Source: Ptychomitrium polyphyllum
Lineage: Eukaryota
Length of the DNA: 64,000 bases
Assembly: GCA_973851085.1 (NCBI GenBank)
Contig: OZ316775.1
Coordinates: 13,454,001 to 13,518,000 of the forward strand
Reading direction: 5' to 3'
Shown here: piece by piece, positions 24,101 to 38,699 of the stretch
Layout: every line of letters begins with the position of its first letter
Position numbering within the stretch: position 1 is the first letter of the stretch
The notes under the pieces: model-generated
The model's database searches: none
What the model saw: the letters and a program-made list of their open reading frames with translations, nothing else
What the model was told of the DNA's origin: nothing
Translations under genes and position numbers: made by a program

Positions 24101-27100
24101 GTTATCGGTGCAAGTCCTCATTTGATACTCAGGAGCTGGTCGTGTCAGGAACTGTTCCAGCTGCGAGGTACGCCCGTTGGGCTGGCAGTACGTTCCCGTA
24201 TATAACTCAGGCATCGTCTGTGGTATTCGCCAAATCAATCCTTCCAATTCCCACTTCTCTCTGAACGGCGCAAATGATTAAAACCACCCTGGTCTGTGGA
24301 ACTGAAGTAAACACCCCTCCTTTCGAAATTCTGTGTACATATATTTGACTCCCCAAATTAAATACAGAAATTCTACATGGGTTGGGATACGAAATCTAGT
24401 AAATAAATCTTGTATGATGACTGCCCAAAATGTGACTAATTACTCATGTTGGCAGCTTGTGAAAACGAGTATGTTCTTCTTAAACCTTTTCTGCTTTTTG
24501 TTTCCAGCCCACTAGACTGACTCTGTTTTGATGGCGCTATATGTGTCGGTAAAATCTGCTAGCTTGAACTACAGACTATGCATCACTGGCTTCTCAAGAA
24601 TTTAATGATTCTTTCACTGCACTAGACAACCTAATTTAGAGCACACCATCCCACGCAGTTCTACTAGAATCATCAATGAATAAGGAATGTTGCACTTAGC
24701 AAATAGAACTGACAAACAGACAGTTACATGCACGATTCACTGAGAACTCCTACACTGAACCTTGAGCGACAAGGTCGGATCTAATAAATGGACTTGATCG
24801 ATAGAGTGAGAGGGAGCAGAATAGAGCTGTGAAGTGAGTAGATATGGGAGTTGGAATACCTCCAGATTGCACCTGGGGGCCCCACCAGACTGCGCAACAT
24901 CAGCCAACGGATCTGCCGCTGCCTCCAGACTCATGAAAGTGCTTCAGTGAGACACGGAACTCGTCCTTCTTCCTCTGCGGCAAACACACTTAACGATGCC
25001 ACCAATCAGGATATTGGCTCTACTGGCATCAGGATATAAATCCACGACAGTTAGCAGGTGGATAATATTCTAGAGCGAATGTTTAAGTACTCGCCGTCCA
25101 CGGGACAACACGTATCCGACCCTTAAAAGCTCAGCAAATGGGTCTTGCATACGCGCGTGCATTATGAAACCAATCGTGCACTCCGGAATCTTGGTCTTAC
25201 TACTTCTACGACACCAGAAAACTCACTAGTATGCGAAGATAATCAAAGTTTGGCACCGACTAAATTAGAAGGTCGTGCGCGGGAAAATTGTTGGTCGCAA
25301 GCTGCACTGAGTGACGTCTGAAATGAAAGCCTTTTTGTATGGAGCTATAACTTGCTTCTGCGAGTGTGTACCGACACCAGTGAAACGCACTTCTGGGGGA
25401 AGCCGATCGAAGGTTCAACTGATTGAAATGTCTGTTGGAGGACGTTCCTCGATAAGTGTAAGACGGTTTCGTTCCTCTGGACGTACAGACATGTGCTGAG
25501 GGTAGGAATGATCTTGCACTCAACGATTGGGATTGACGCCCGTTGACTAGACGAAGTTGCTACCGACAGTTCAATTTTGTCGTCCACGTTCGTCCATTTT
25601 CAGACGACTGTCCAATGTTCTGTGAAACCAGTGTCCTATTTCTGACGCTTTAGTACTCTTTATTGACGTTCTCTACACTATAATAAGAAGGCCTGACAGA
25701 AGTTCTTTTTAAATGATTCTGGCTTTTAATCGGCAGGTATTGAAACTTTGAGTTTTTACTCAATTATTTTCAAATGCGAACCCAATTCTGATGTTAGCGA
25801 TTGAGCATGTACAAAAATACTACATATGATTGATTCAAAATCATACCAGGATAGGTCTTGAGGAGCCAGACCTTCTGCTTAATAAGACCGGTATTATAAT
25901 ATGTTGCATGTATTAGGAATTGAACAATCTCTAATGATTTCGGAATTGGCATGAAGTAAAAAACCGGTCTGCGAACCCCTGTGTCTGTACAGAGTAACCT
26001 CGATGGTTGGCATTTGTCAAACAGCAGCAGTACAAACACGAAGCTTCCACGGAGACCGTTGAATTTATCCGTTCACTGGGCAGCGAGGATTTGTTAGTGA
26101 ATATATGTATGATAAATTTGGTACAGACAGTTCAAGTTGAAGACATTCTTTCATATCTTGGAAAGAATCAAAGGGTACCAGGTAGTGGCGCAGGAGCAAA
26201 GAGGAATGAAAATGTCTGTTCGTGAAGTAGGGAAAAAGAGTAAAACCTAGTAAAGAGTCCTCATAAACGAGAATTCCCTCCCTCAATGATGATGTGTAAT
26301 TGAAGTTTGGTTTGGGAATGATAGCTGTTACGTGTTGCTGACAACATACTCGCCCATGGTGGGTCAAGCCAGAAGGGTTAAGGTCATCGTCTGCACCACA
26401 ATATAGAGTGTATCAAATTTGCAACTTTATGCGAAAATTAATCCTCAAATGCCCGCTTCTGCAGAATAATTTGTTCTGTTGAAACATCGTTATCCTGCGT
26501 AGCTCCTAGTCACCAGAATACGTACTGTAGAAGTCTCAAAGCGTGTAAAACTGACTCCTAGGTGAGAAGTACCTGGAAATTGCATGACGGTGCAGACATT
26601 GTGGCGTCCACAAAGTCCTCCAAGGAGGTCAAACTTTTGCCGGTAATGAAAAAGGCAAAAGGAATCTGCTACCACCACGGCACTCCCTCCCCTGGAACAC
26701 TCTGCTGGAAACCCGGTGCTAAAAATCTGGGGCCACTGGAAGGGAGCTTCTTTTATACGAACTAACTCACAAATTGCATCTTCTGTGCATTACCTTCCCC
26801 ACCTCAACGCAAACGCTGGCTCGAATCCTCAAGCTTATCTTCACTCAAGCAAATTCTTGAATCATACAAATTTACAAACAAGAAGGTGAAGATGATAACA
26901 ACTTGGCAGGACTCGAATCGTTACACCGAAGCATTCTCCCAATTTTCATCAGTTCACTGTCGGAAGTGTATTCACTACCCGTTCACTATTGTTTTCAGTG
27001 ATGCAGCTGCACGTGCAGTTGTCGTGGCATCTGAAGAATGGCAGTAGCTACTGTACCATTAAACTCAAAGTCAGGGTTTGGTATTAAAATATTCTATGTC

Positions 27101-29899
27101 TGAGCTCAATTCACTGGAACCTCGATGAATTGCTTCGAAGGTGAGTAAATTTTTGAAACAACATCTGAAGTCTGATAAGCTCGTATTACTCCACAGACAA
27201 GTATAATGTATTTCATTGGACGGGGTTCAGGGATGGTCGGTCTCTAGTGCCCCCACCATCACTGGATCAGCCCAAAAAAGGCCCATGAAACAGCCTGGAA
27301 CGACAGAAATCTTGGAGCCGGAAGGTCCTCAGACATTCAGCTGGTTTGGAGAAGCTGGTTTGAGAAGGATCTTGCTTGTCAACAGCAATAGTTGCCAGTT
27401 CCAAAGCACGAAGGCTTTCTGCTACATTTGTGTATTCGGTGTCACACTGTTCTTTAATACACCGCCATGTGAACTTTCAAATTAAATCAAGTTCCTTTTA
27501 CGAACTTTTTCTTACAGGTTGTTAACCAGTTTTCCAGTTTAGCTACTTCAAATCTTCAGAAATACAAGTAGATTAATTGAAGTTGTTAATGTCAACGCTT
27601 TTTGCTTGACTTAGTAAAGCATGAGCAATTTTATAAACGAAATAACCAAGTCGAGATTTAGTATGAATGTTTTAACGTTGAATATTGTAATCATTTGCTA
27701 CACTTTACCATGCCTGTGATGATATTTCATATTAAATGGCTTGAATGCTTTACTTGGCAATACTAATAACAAAATTTGAAATTCTTTAATACAATTAGTT
27801 GAATCATGGATAATGTTCACAAGTTAAGAAGATTAGGAATATTAAAAATCCACAAATAATGGTTTATTTTCTTTTATTTTCTTTTAAGCCTTGCATTAAT
27901 ATATGTATGAAGAGGCTATTTTTTAAAGAAAATATAATATTTGGATATGTTTATGTTGGCTTCTCTGCAAAGGTAGAGGTGTTTCTATACTTATGCAAAT
28001 GAATATTATGTTTGGCAATGGTAAAGATTTTTAATAGATTTGAGATTTTATGAACATTCTAATTGACATCCATATAACCAAGTGGCAAAGTGCCACATCA
28101 CAAGACATAGTCAATGAGAAGAATCACTCTAAAGTGGAGGATATTTTAAAATGCTTCAATATGCAATGGTTGCAAATAAATAGAGAAGAAAACTGAATTT
28201 TGATAAACACAATTTTTATTAGTATTGAGTTTATTGCAAGGATTGCATTTGGATGTATTTTACTATGCCAAAATAAAAATTTGAATAGAAAATGATAGAA
28301 TCTTGTTTTTTAAGTCATAAAATATTTAAATGATTTTTATATAATTCATTTAATTAATCTAGATTCTTTTTTTTTATAACTTGTATAATATAGAACATGT
28401 GTAAGAAACCTTTAGTGAATTTTAAAATTTATATTGTGTCAAAGATATATACACTATGTTTAGAAATACAAATCATCACTCATAAAATCTAAAAATTCAT
28501 TTTTTTCATATATTACCTAAATAATCTTAAGTACTCTCAATGACCAAATTATAGACTAGTCCCTTGTTAAAATAAAAAATACAAATAATAATCAAATTGT
28601 ATTATTATATATATATGAAATATTTGCTAAGTTCAAATTAAAAAACTACTTTGTTGGCTTGCTCTACATAATTTCATTCCAAGTTGCATAAAAGTGTTGT
28701 TGCTATGAATTCACAAACATATGTACATGGATGATTTGCTCCAAATTATTGTACACTTGTTGCTATTGTGGGCTTACAACCTCCCCTTTGGCATCCCATC
28801 TTGGTCTTGGGATGCTACATCCACATTTCTATCACATGTGAATGTATGGGAAGTGAGACCCTTGTGAGGGGCAAGCAGGCATTGGTGAGTTAGTCCCTTG
28901 TATTCATTGCATTCTCCTTTGCGTCCTCCGTGATGTCACTAGTGAGCAAAACCAGGGCATTCTCGTTAAGCGATAGACTCTGTTGGAGATCAAACACAAA
29001 TTTTTCCCTCTGCATATATAACAATACTCTCTCGTCCCTCTTTCGAACTGACCTCATCCGAACTGCCAACATGATTCCATCTTGAAGGCATCATTGGAGC
29101 TAGAGGTGCAGCAACTACGGAGGGCTGTTTTGAAAGCCACAGTGTACTTGTTTTTGGCCATCTTCTTCAACATGATAGCTTTTGAGTTGAGGGCCATGGT
29201 AGTCTTCAGAAAATTTCACCGCCAAACAGTGTAATTACAATTGTCCTATTTTCACTTCAGTTTGCTAGTTTAAGATACATTTTTAGATATATTGCACTCG
29301 CAAAAAGAGTATGTGTAGTAGTTGCAAGACATGGGTGCTAGTCATCTTCATAAGAGCGTTCTTTTATGCTCATCTTTTATGCTATTATGAGCTTTCCAAT
29401 CAGAGATTCTTGGATTGGTATTTGATTACGAAGAAAATGTTAAGAAGAGGAGTGCTCCAATAAACATTATTATTCTATCATAACGCTGCACAACATTGCA
29501 CTAATTCACAACATGACTATAACAAGATTTATATGTTCTCTTCTGCATCCCTCTCATGCAAGGTGCTTGTGAACTTTATACCACCCTACAAAATAATGGT
29601 AGAATGTGATGCAAACTCATTTGAGGTAAACAAATAACACCAAATGCTACAAGAAGGAATATTGAGGAGCACTCAAGTTACAAGGATGATGTGATTAGTG
29701 GCAGTTGCATCACTAAAAGTGTGGCAATAGGCAGGGTCAGAAAACATTGCCATCTTCGTAATCCTCAAAGGTGGTAGTAAAAGACCAAGCAGCCAAAAAG
29801 TGGTGAACTTGTTCATCGTTTTCTGAATATATGGAGCACAAAATTACATAAGCATGAATCTAGGCCTATCAGCATATATGTACAACAACGACCTGAGAT

Positions 29900-32535
29900 T
29901 TAGATAGACGATCTTTCCAACTTCTCCTCAGCTTCAGCGAACCATGCACGAAATGTCTCTTCCTCAAACAGGACAAAGTGAACCTCCAATAACTGGCCAG
30001 CAGTCTCTTGAAGCGCTTGGATGGAAACCTGTGCTGCTTCATCATAGGGATACCCATACACACCGCAGGATATTGCTGGAAAAGCGATGTACTTCACCCC
30101 ATTCTTTATAGCAAGATTAACAGAACTCTTATAAGCCTTGGCTAGTACACTGGCTGGATCCCCTTCACTGGAGTACATTGGTCCCACAGTATGTATGATC
30201 TGCGATACTGCTAAATTAAACCCTGCAAGAATGCCACACATTGTTTTCAAAACAGAAAGATTGCAAGCCCTAGACCATACACATCGTTGTTGGATAGAAG
30301 ACCATGGTTCTTTTCCGTGGATACTTGACCAGTAACAACAGTTCGCACTTAAGAAAACACTACAGACCAAAATCAGAAAATTTAATTGAATTTTTTTGAA
30401 AGAAGCATGGAGCTGAAAATTGATGTAGAAATGATCAAGAATGTCCTATTGTTCCTTTAAATTCAGACAAAAAGCGGTTTCTTAGCATTGGACTTCCAGT
30501 TATACCTGGAGTAATAACCGCGCTCCCCACAGGACACCGGACTCCTCTTGAAACCTCCGGAACCTTGAAGCAGGCATCCGACAAACCTTTACCAGCAGCT
30601 CTATGAATTGCTCCATCAACCCCTCCCCCACCAAGCATCCGCTCATTCGCAGCATTTACGATTGCATCTGTCTTCCCGTCCTTGTACCACTTTGTAATGT
30701 CCCCATGGTGAAGAACCAGAGAGCAGGGCCCTGTCAAACTGAACCACTCTCCCTCTCGGCTTTCTACTTCCTCCTTTTTATCCTCGCTTTCCTTTCCGTT
30801 TTCTGCATCATGTTTCTCCTCTTGCTCAATCTTCTCACTATCAACAACCACTTGCTTCTCTAAACATAAAGATAGTTATAATTAACTATTGTATGACCCA
30901 TCAAACATGTATTGTATTCAAATTTATAAGAGCGTTGGCAATTTACACATATAGAAAACTTTAGCATCAACGTGAGTGCCAATAGATAAACGACGTGCAA
31001 AGTAGACACGGAACAATTCATCTCGCTTACTAGATCTGGGCCACGATGCCCTAATCTCTTGCACTCTTGCGACGAGTAGAACACAGTCCGGGTAGTGCGG
31101 CTGCTACCAGACTACTTTATGCGTAATCGGGCAAACCTCGGATTTCGCTCACAATGCAGGACACGGAAAAAAAAATCTAGAGAACACTGAATCAGAAACT
31201 AAAAGTTTTTAAAAAATCGACTGTCAAACCGAGACAGTCATCCAAGCCTGCCAGTGCGTTCACATGCCCATTACTACACGAAATCAATACTTGACAACGA
31301 GCTAGGTCTATGCTCTATCTCCAGCTAAAAAAACGACATAAGATTCGTGACGATGGAAATTCACCGTCAGATGCCAATGATGTTCGAGCTATTCTCACGG
31401 ATGAGAAATTGAGATGTTCCCACCTGAGAATGCTTTGGCAATACTAGATTCCTAACAACACCATAATCATCGCTGAAGAAGCCAGTTCCTAATATCGTTT
31501 CCTGGTCAGAAGAGACTGCCGGGATATGTTGCAGAGTTTAACATGGTGCACTTCAAAGAGAATTGGAAAAGAAATCAGCAAAAGATAATAACCATCGGCA
31601 GAAAATGATCAAACGCGAATACAAAAATCGTGAAGCGACACATGATGGCTCAGTAATTTCGTAATCCTTCACAAGTACTAGCGAAACACTACTCTACGAT
31701 TCCAAATCTCGAAAATGAAATTGACGACCAAAAATCAGACGCCATTAACTAACTAAAAAATTTCATTTCTTTATACTTCACAGCCTCTGCTATGCGATTC
31801 TGCTCGCACAATCCCACCGCAAACCTACCTGCATGCACTACGAAACAACAAGCATCTCCTCTGCGGAGCGAGCTTGAACGCACACACCCCAACCAAGTGG
31901 AAGGACGTGAAGTGGTTTCGGATCGGACTATCGCCAACAATGCACCCATATGAATTCAACAAAGGCAAAACAAAAGGAGGGGAAATCCCACCAATCTTAG
32001 ACTCCGAGGCGCCCGCAACAATAGTCTCGCCTTCGCCGTCCATCCCTCCTCGTTTCCCCGGCACCACAACCAAACCTTCCCCAAAAAAATCACACCTTCA
32101 ATACATGCTCCCTCCCTCCCTGGCACTCAACTCGAGTGTACACAGGCCCCAGAAAGAACAGAGAGATCCACAAAAGCAAAATACTCCAAAGGAAGGACCC
32201 CATGAGCCCAACATCCCGAACCCTAGATTCGGTTTGTCCCTGCCACATAATTTACCCATTCGTAGATTCTTACAACGACAAGATACAAGATGCAGGCTTT
32301 AAGTAATCTATCCGAAGACCTGATTGAGGAGCTGTTGAATACCTCGCCGGCTCCCTGCGGAAAAGAGGACAGAGGATGGCAGCAACACTCGACGATGGTT
32401 AGAGAACTCGGTTATATTCCAGGATCTCTTTGCCAAAGCTCCAGGCACTCGCTCCGGGCGCGTACAGATTGAGAGATAGCTGGAGAAACGCAGCAGGTGC
32501 ATACGGAGAGATCCGCGAGCGACAATGGACGCCAT
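29900..32535 (-). CDS. MacroD-type macrodomain protein (ADP-ribose / O-acetyl-ADP-ribose hydrolase-like) with N-terminal organellar targeting peptide
   Basis: Core exons 30859-30506 and 30222-29900: [53 protein letters not shown]. Exon 1 32535-32343 ([19 protein letters not shown]..) is phase compatible. Frame-neutral internal exons 32075-31992 and 31927-31829 are possible. Confidence 0.92.
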
Positions 32536-33432
32536 GGACTGCTTTCTGGCGCACAGGCGAGCCTCATATAGTGATAATGCATACCCAAAGTTGTCATTCT
32601 ACGGTAGCAGTACATCTGCTGCGGATCTCATGGATTTCCAAGACTTGCATGTATTCAGTCTGTAGATAGAGGTGACTCTTAGGTCTAGTGACTGTTTTAG
32701 GTGTGCACCTCTCAGTAATAAGAAACATGGGTTAACGTAGGGATCAGAAGCGTCGTTTTCGCATTCGATCCACTTGTACATTGTTGCGCAATTCGGATGA
32801 GCAGTTCTAGAAAGATAGATGCTCGTAGTGTGGTGTCGAAGAAGGAATCATCGTTTTTGTAAGTAGGTGTTAGACGGCCAACTAGTAGATCTACTGTTTT
32901 CTTAATTAATCACCAACTCAAAGATAACAAAGCTTCACGTTTCTTTCAACCGACTGTAGTGTTATACACTAATCTTCTTGAAGTAGAGAATTACGTAGCA
33001 ACACCTTTCATTATCATCGTGTGATATCACTGCAGTGGTTATCACTTTTATGTTTTCACCCGGTCCCTGGAGTCTCTCACCTGAAAGGTAGTAACGAACA
33101 TTTGCAAATAGGTGGTCACCGTTTCAAGTGACGATCGCGGAAAGTGCGCAATGCACCGCCTAGGATGTCGTGAATTTATACTTTGGATCAATTCATGCAG
33201 ACGAATTAGAAGCAAATACATAGTAAATAACCTGTGAATCCTTGTTCTTCATACATGCCATTTCAAGGAGAAGCACACAACCCAAACTATAGTTCAAGGT
33301 GGTTGCTGTTGATTACATGAAGGATCTATGGAGATCGGCATACCCTATACAAAGAAACCTCTCTCGGTGAAAGAAACGAAAATGAACTTTTAAAATGAAA
33401 TAAAGTTGAAACAGACACCTTGACTACAAAAA

Positions 33433-36357
33433 CTAAGCAGCATATTTCCGATTCAATGTCCGCAATACGCCATTCACTATTTTGTAGAACCAAAGAAAAT
33501 TCATGAAACCTAGGCTGGTAGGTGCAAGTAGCAAGAACACGAATCCTGCCGTATGGAGCTGCTTCACCTGTCAAAAAGGAAGAAAGAATTCAATATTCGG
33601 ATGCATGCCACAGCAACTTTTGTTCTCAACATAATCAATGTTCTATCCAGAGCTAAAAGATGCTTGAACCTGTACTAAATGGTCATGAATGGCAGAATGT
33701 AAAAATAAGGACCATAAGAATTTTAAGCAATGATGAAATTGGTAGACTTGCAAGCTTCTCACCTGGTCAAAATGAAGGTACATATGATAAAAACAATAGA
33801 CAAAGTTGATCACACGACCTACCTGCAATTCCAAAATACAAAACGGTCAGACAAGCACACGACAAAAGAAGGCTAAACTTCTCCAACCAGTCAAAACATA
33901 AATTTTTCTCCACATGAGATATTGCGTCAAATCTTCAAAATCTTCAAACCAGTACTACAAAGATTATGAGTGAGTGAAAGCAAGGGCAGGTTACATACCA
34001 GCCACAAAAGTGCCGTAAATGCTCCATTGTACATATACATATCACTGTTTTTCAGGCCCAGCACGGTCAAGTACCTGCCATCATCGAAATTTTAACAATG
34101 CATTGTGCCTCCCAATAATTTCTCAAGGAATCCAAAAGTTTGATATGACATAGTTAAAATAATAACTCCATACACTTTACGAAATAGGGCTAACGATCAA
34201 GTGAAGCAGGGGAAGAACATTAAACACATTTCCTAATACTAAACATGAAAAAACAGAGAGGACGTGTTCATATCACCAAAAATAACTAGGGATGATGATT
34301 CACCAGCGCAGATTAATAAAAGGTGTTGTACACTCCGACAGAAGAACAATGTACAGGTACAAGTGGGCATGTCCAGAGTGCACGGCTAAAATCAAAGATA
34401 GCATTGACACCAAGTGATGCAGAAGCTGATAAATCCAGACAATCACGTTAATGAGAAGCGGAAAAATCCCCAAAATAAAAGGTTCAGTAGTTCACAACCG
34501 GCAAAATTATCCGAGACAGAGGAAACTGCACAAATAAAACAATGCAGTTACTTCAATTCCATGCGGAACGCATTGACAATCTTCCTCAATATAAATGAAG
34601 TGGTTTAAAGAATGAAGAACTCACAAATTCATAGCCTCCTAAAATTGGATAGAATACAACTATCATTCCCATGTCTGCGATAAAATATCCGCAAGAAAAC
34701 TGTTCACGCAAAACCACAACTATTCATGAAAACTCCTAAAAAGACATTGGGTCAAAATCGTGCAAAAAGCTCTACGCAAAAAATATTGACCTTTAACCTT
34801 TGAAGCCATGACTGTAATAAGCAAGGGAACAGACACCGTACCCCAAGGCCAAATTGAGAGAGGATGGAGCTTCGAAACACAACGGGCCCATAAGGAGCAG
34901 AATCTCGAAATATATCGCTGATATACAACAAGTAAAATGCAATAGCAGATGAAACCAACGCATGAGCTGTTGAGAAGGCCCTGCAAATACACATGTGAGA
35001 TACAATCAGCAAGTTCTTGCGTATTCCTTATAGGAAACTCATTGCTGCTAATCACAACACACGAATCAGGCAAATCCAATTACAATCGTAAAAGTCGATT
35101 GTACCAATTAAATCATACTCCTCAATTACAAACCAGACTCTTCTGTTGGTGAAACGTGAATCTTGAAGACAAAACGTGAATCTGGAAGACAAAATCATGA
35201 CTCTTCAAATAGCACTGATTCACCATGAGTTAAAAACTTTTAGCTATTCTCTTAACCCCCTAAAGGCTCACAATCATCTATAGTTCATCTCTTCAAGCGA
35301 GATTCGAAAGTTTACAAATAGCAGAATCTAATTCTTAAATTGTTCATATGAGAGGTCAGGCTTTGCTCAATCTGGGAAGAAATAGACGGATGAGTTCTCT
35401 TGCGAAAGTGAACCGCTACAAGCCTGCAACTGGAGGATACCATCGACCCATTTTGGATCAATTGGGCTCAAAACACCGAAGGATCTACCATATTGTTTGA
35501 AAAGATCTCTGAGTTTAAGTAAATCAGCCCATATGCCTTTAATTCAAAACCCTCATACTTCACACAAGCAAAAAAACTATAACTATGATTCAAACAGCTG
35601 TGGATAGATTTGGTGAGTTTATGATATGTACAGATTATTTTGGAACAAACGGGTTCAGTACATTTAAAATCAGAATCAAAAACCTACCTATTGTTCCATT
35701 CCACTTTCTCTGTTTTCTTGAGTTTGTTGTAGCCTGGGAATGTGGCTGGGCTAAGTCCTTTCGAAATTTCGTACACCTGAACACATCCAAAATGCCGCAA
35801 ATGGGAGTTCAGTTACAAAATGCTACGTAAGCCTTACCTCGCTCTTTGGAACTCAATCAGCCCCTAAATCGTACACACGTTTCAGATTTCAATCTGTCAA
35901 CAGACGATCGAAATGAATTCATAACCTGCGTTTCAGGAAGAACAGGGGAGCACCTAAGTTCTGACCGGCATAAGCGATCAATAGTGCTGTTAAGGAAAGA
36001 TAGAACAAAGTGCCTGGAAGCATCAAGTCTTGACCAAAAAGCTGAGAAGGATCAGTGCTCTAAGGTGCAACATAATAACTGAGGAGATCATCAAATATGA
36101 ATGAGCTGCATAAGTAGAGAGGTCCACGGCTTTCAACTCGGATGCAAGATTGAAATGGAGAGCTACACTATGTGAATATAATTAGGACAGAAACGCACGA
36201 GCTTACAAAACACGATGCCAGACAGCACCGAGCTGAACCAGAGTACAGGTTCTCCCGTAGAACTCCATTTCCCTAATGACTTTTCCATGTCATCGTGAAA
36301 CGGAATTGCTCTTCTCAGGGTCGTCGAATTCGGGCTCGTAAAACCTGGGAGAATCAT
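33433..36357 (-). CDS. TLC (TRAM/LAG1/CLN8) domain membrane protein, TMEM56/TLCD4-like, 8 coding exons, about 284 aa
   Basis: Exons 36357-36199, 35776-35688, 34980-34842, 34699-34625, 34425-34304, 34074-33999, 33822-33763, 33567-33433 join in frame. Motifs EWNNRAFSTAHA, SCGYFIADM, LLHHL, LSECTTPFINLRWYL, YNG..WLVGRV, MNFLWFYKI. An in-frame stop upstream fixes the ATG. A probable 5'UTR exon lies near 37.5-37.9 kb. Confidence 0.93.
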
Positions 36358-38699
36358 TGTTCTGATGTTTGTTGCAGAAACTTCTCAGTTGGATAACGGC
36401 AATATTGTCTGAATAGCACGCAAGCCTAGTCTCAGCGGTCCAAGCTCTGCACGAAAGGTAGATGACTCACAAGTTCCTGTTCGCAAAGGTGTAAGTATAA
36501 AAAGGTAACGAAACTACCAACCCTAAACATAAGCTCAGCTAAGGTGTCCTTCTACCAAATTCCTTGCCTTACAGCTGACTGCTATAAACCTGGATCATCA
36601 TTCGTGCGATCATTCGATAATGGTACAAAATTTTAGGTTCCGTCTCCGTTATGTAAGGCATTCATCTGATCCAGTCAAAGGGACATATGCACGAGACGTG
36701 TATCTCAATCGCCGTAAGAGCTGCTGCGCCTCAAACAGCTTGGTGACTGAAAGGAAAAGTTCACGGCTCAAATACCTCCACAATACAAGTATTTCTCACA
36801 GTCCCGTGACAGCCTGATAAAAGAAAAGGTAGGGTGTCTCAAACATAAGCTCAGCTAAAACTGTATCTAAGCACCAACAACACCTCGTCCTAAAAACGCA
36901 TTCGATTGCAAAATAATAAAAAATGCAACGTGACACCGTTTGGCATGACAACAGAACTTCTTCTACCAAGCTGTTACGCTTCCTTTTCAACCCACAACAG
37001 TGATATGTAAAGAGAGAAAAGCAGCCACGGAAACTATCCGCTATCCGACTATTTAAATGCAATGTCGTCAGACAGACGCACTTGACAAGAATATACTACA
37101 GAAAGCCTCTCAAAAACAAACAGAAAGTTCAATTGCCGGAAAAACTGCGAATTAAGCTCCAGATAAGAATTGCATCGCAGTGCAGGGCCAGTAGGACGAA
37201 AACACTCCCTTACGACACAATCGCGTCAGCTCGAGAGCAAACAAACGACTGAAATTGCCATGTATCATTCGGAGAAAAACAAGAGCCTCTCCACTAATCA
37301 TAAAGGACCGGGAACGACAACGACGACAACGTTAATTCGCCTCTAATGCACTACAGATCAGGCCGCGAGAAATTCCCGACAAACAGAGGATCCGCCTCGC
37401 GATTCATCACCAAGAATCACCGGCTCGACATCGGCGCCGAAGTCGCCGAAACAAGACGTCAATCGTGCATCTCTAAAGGGTTTCAAATCTACCGAAGAAA
37501 AACCTACTGAACCTAGCATTGGTTACAAAACCACAAGTGGAACACCAACAAGAATCCACCTCTTCAGCGACTTCCGCCTCTGGTAGGCGCCATAATGGAC
37601 AACTTTGTTGACATCAGAGCTGCCAGTCAATTCCAAGAAGATGCGCAAGTGGTGTCCGAAGCACGAGATCGGGAGCAGCAACTGTAGTAATGGTGCGGAT
37701 GCGCTGAGGGACGCAGCGTGGGGTAGCCTGGAGAACAGAGACAGAGAGAGACAGAAGGCGTGATGCAAGTGCAACGCCACACCCCCCCTCCACTCCCCCC
37801 CCGGCCCCCTTCGCGCGCACCACGGCCCCCGGCCTCCGCGCCTCTCCTGTGACGGCGATGGCGACGGCGACGGCGATGGCTCGTGTTTCTGACGGCGGAA
37901 GAGTGACGGCCTTTTTGAGTGGACGCATCGTGGAGTGGTCTGTACGCAAAGACCAGAAGCGACGGAGGAACAGTCGGGACACTAAGACCTTCCGAAGTCA
38001 TCGAGACTTCAGCATGAGGATTTCCTCCTGACGACGGGCTGTACCTTAACTTAAGAATCAGAATCCCGGGTGTTTGAATCAGAATCAAAGTGGGAATCGG
38101 AATCGGAATCGGAGATTTTTGGTATTTGTGATCCCTTGCAGCACGATGAACTTCGATTCTTTGAGGGATTTGCATGAAGGAAGTATCCGTTCCTAGGTCT
38201 TGTATAAAGGTACACCAAATTTAGGTAGCTGGCAATTTATAGCTAGAAATTTGTACTAGAAGGGATTTATTCTAATGTTGTATGGTTTATGTATGGTGAA
38301 ATAGTGGGAAATCATACATGTATTTCTAATTGTCTCAATTATATTTTAGATAAGCGGATTAAGTTGGATGTAGGATTTTTGTAGGATGTTTGTGTTTTTT
38401 ATTTGGAATGTTAATTGTTAATTGTTAATTGTTAATTGTTTTTTTATTTGGAATGTTATAAGATTATTTAGTTGTATGGATTTTTTTCAAAGAGTTTTTT
38501 GTAGGATTTATTTATATTGTTTAAAAGAATGGAATTAGTATTCTAACAATAATATTTGTAGGAAAAAGAAGTGGTTTAGCCAATAATATATTAGACAGAG
38601 AGTTAAATGGACCAAGAGTGGTTGGAGGTGAATTATGTTGCTTTATTAATGGTGGCAATGGATTGTAGGGTATTAAAGCAATCAATGAAATAAATATTG

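Noticed and set aside
26733..26752. CACTGGAAGGGAGCTTC, resembling miR319
   Set aside because: Several mismatches, and no complementary star arm seen nearby.
26900..26925. tRNA T-arm-like GATTCGAGTCCTGCC on the minus strand
   Set aside because: No cloverleaf or A box could be built.
33643..33669. Alternative acceptor in the last TLC intron
   Set aside because: It gives an early stop, while the 33567 acceptor restores the conserved last TM segment.
11538..36357. Lipid biosynthetic gene cluster (VTE6, KAS, TLC)
   Set aside because: These are conserved housekeeping genes of different compartments and pathways, interleaved with unrelated genes.
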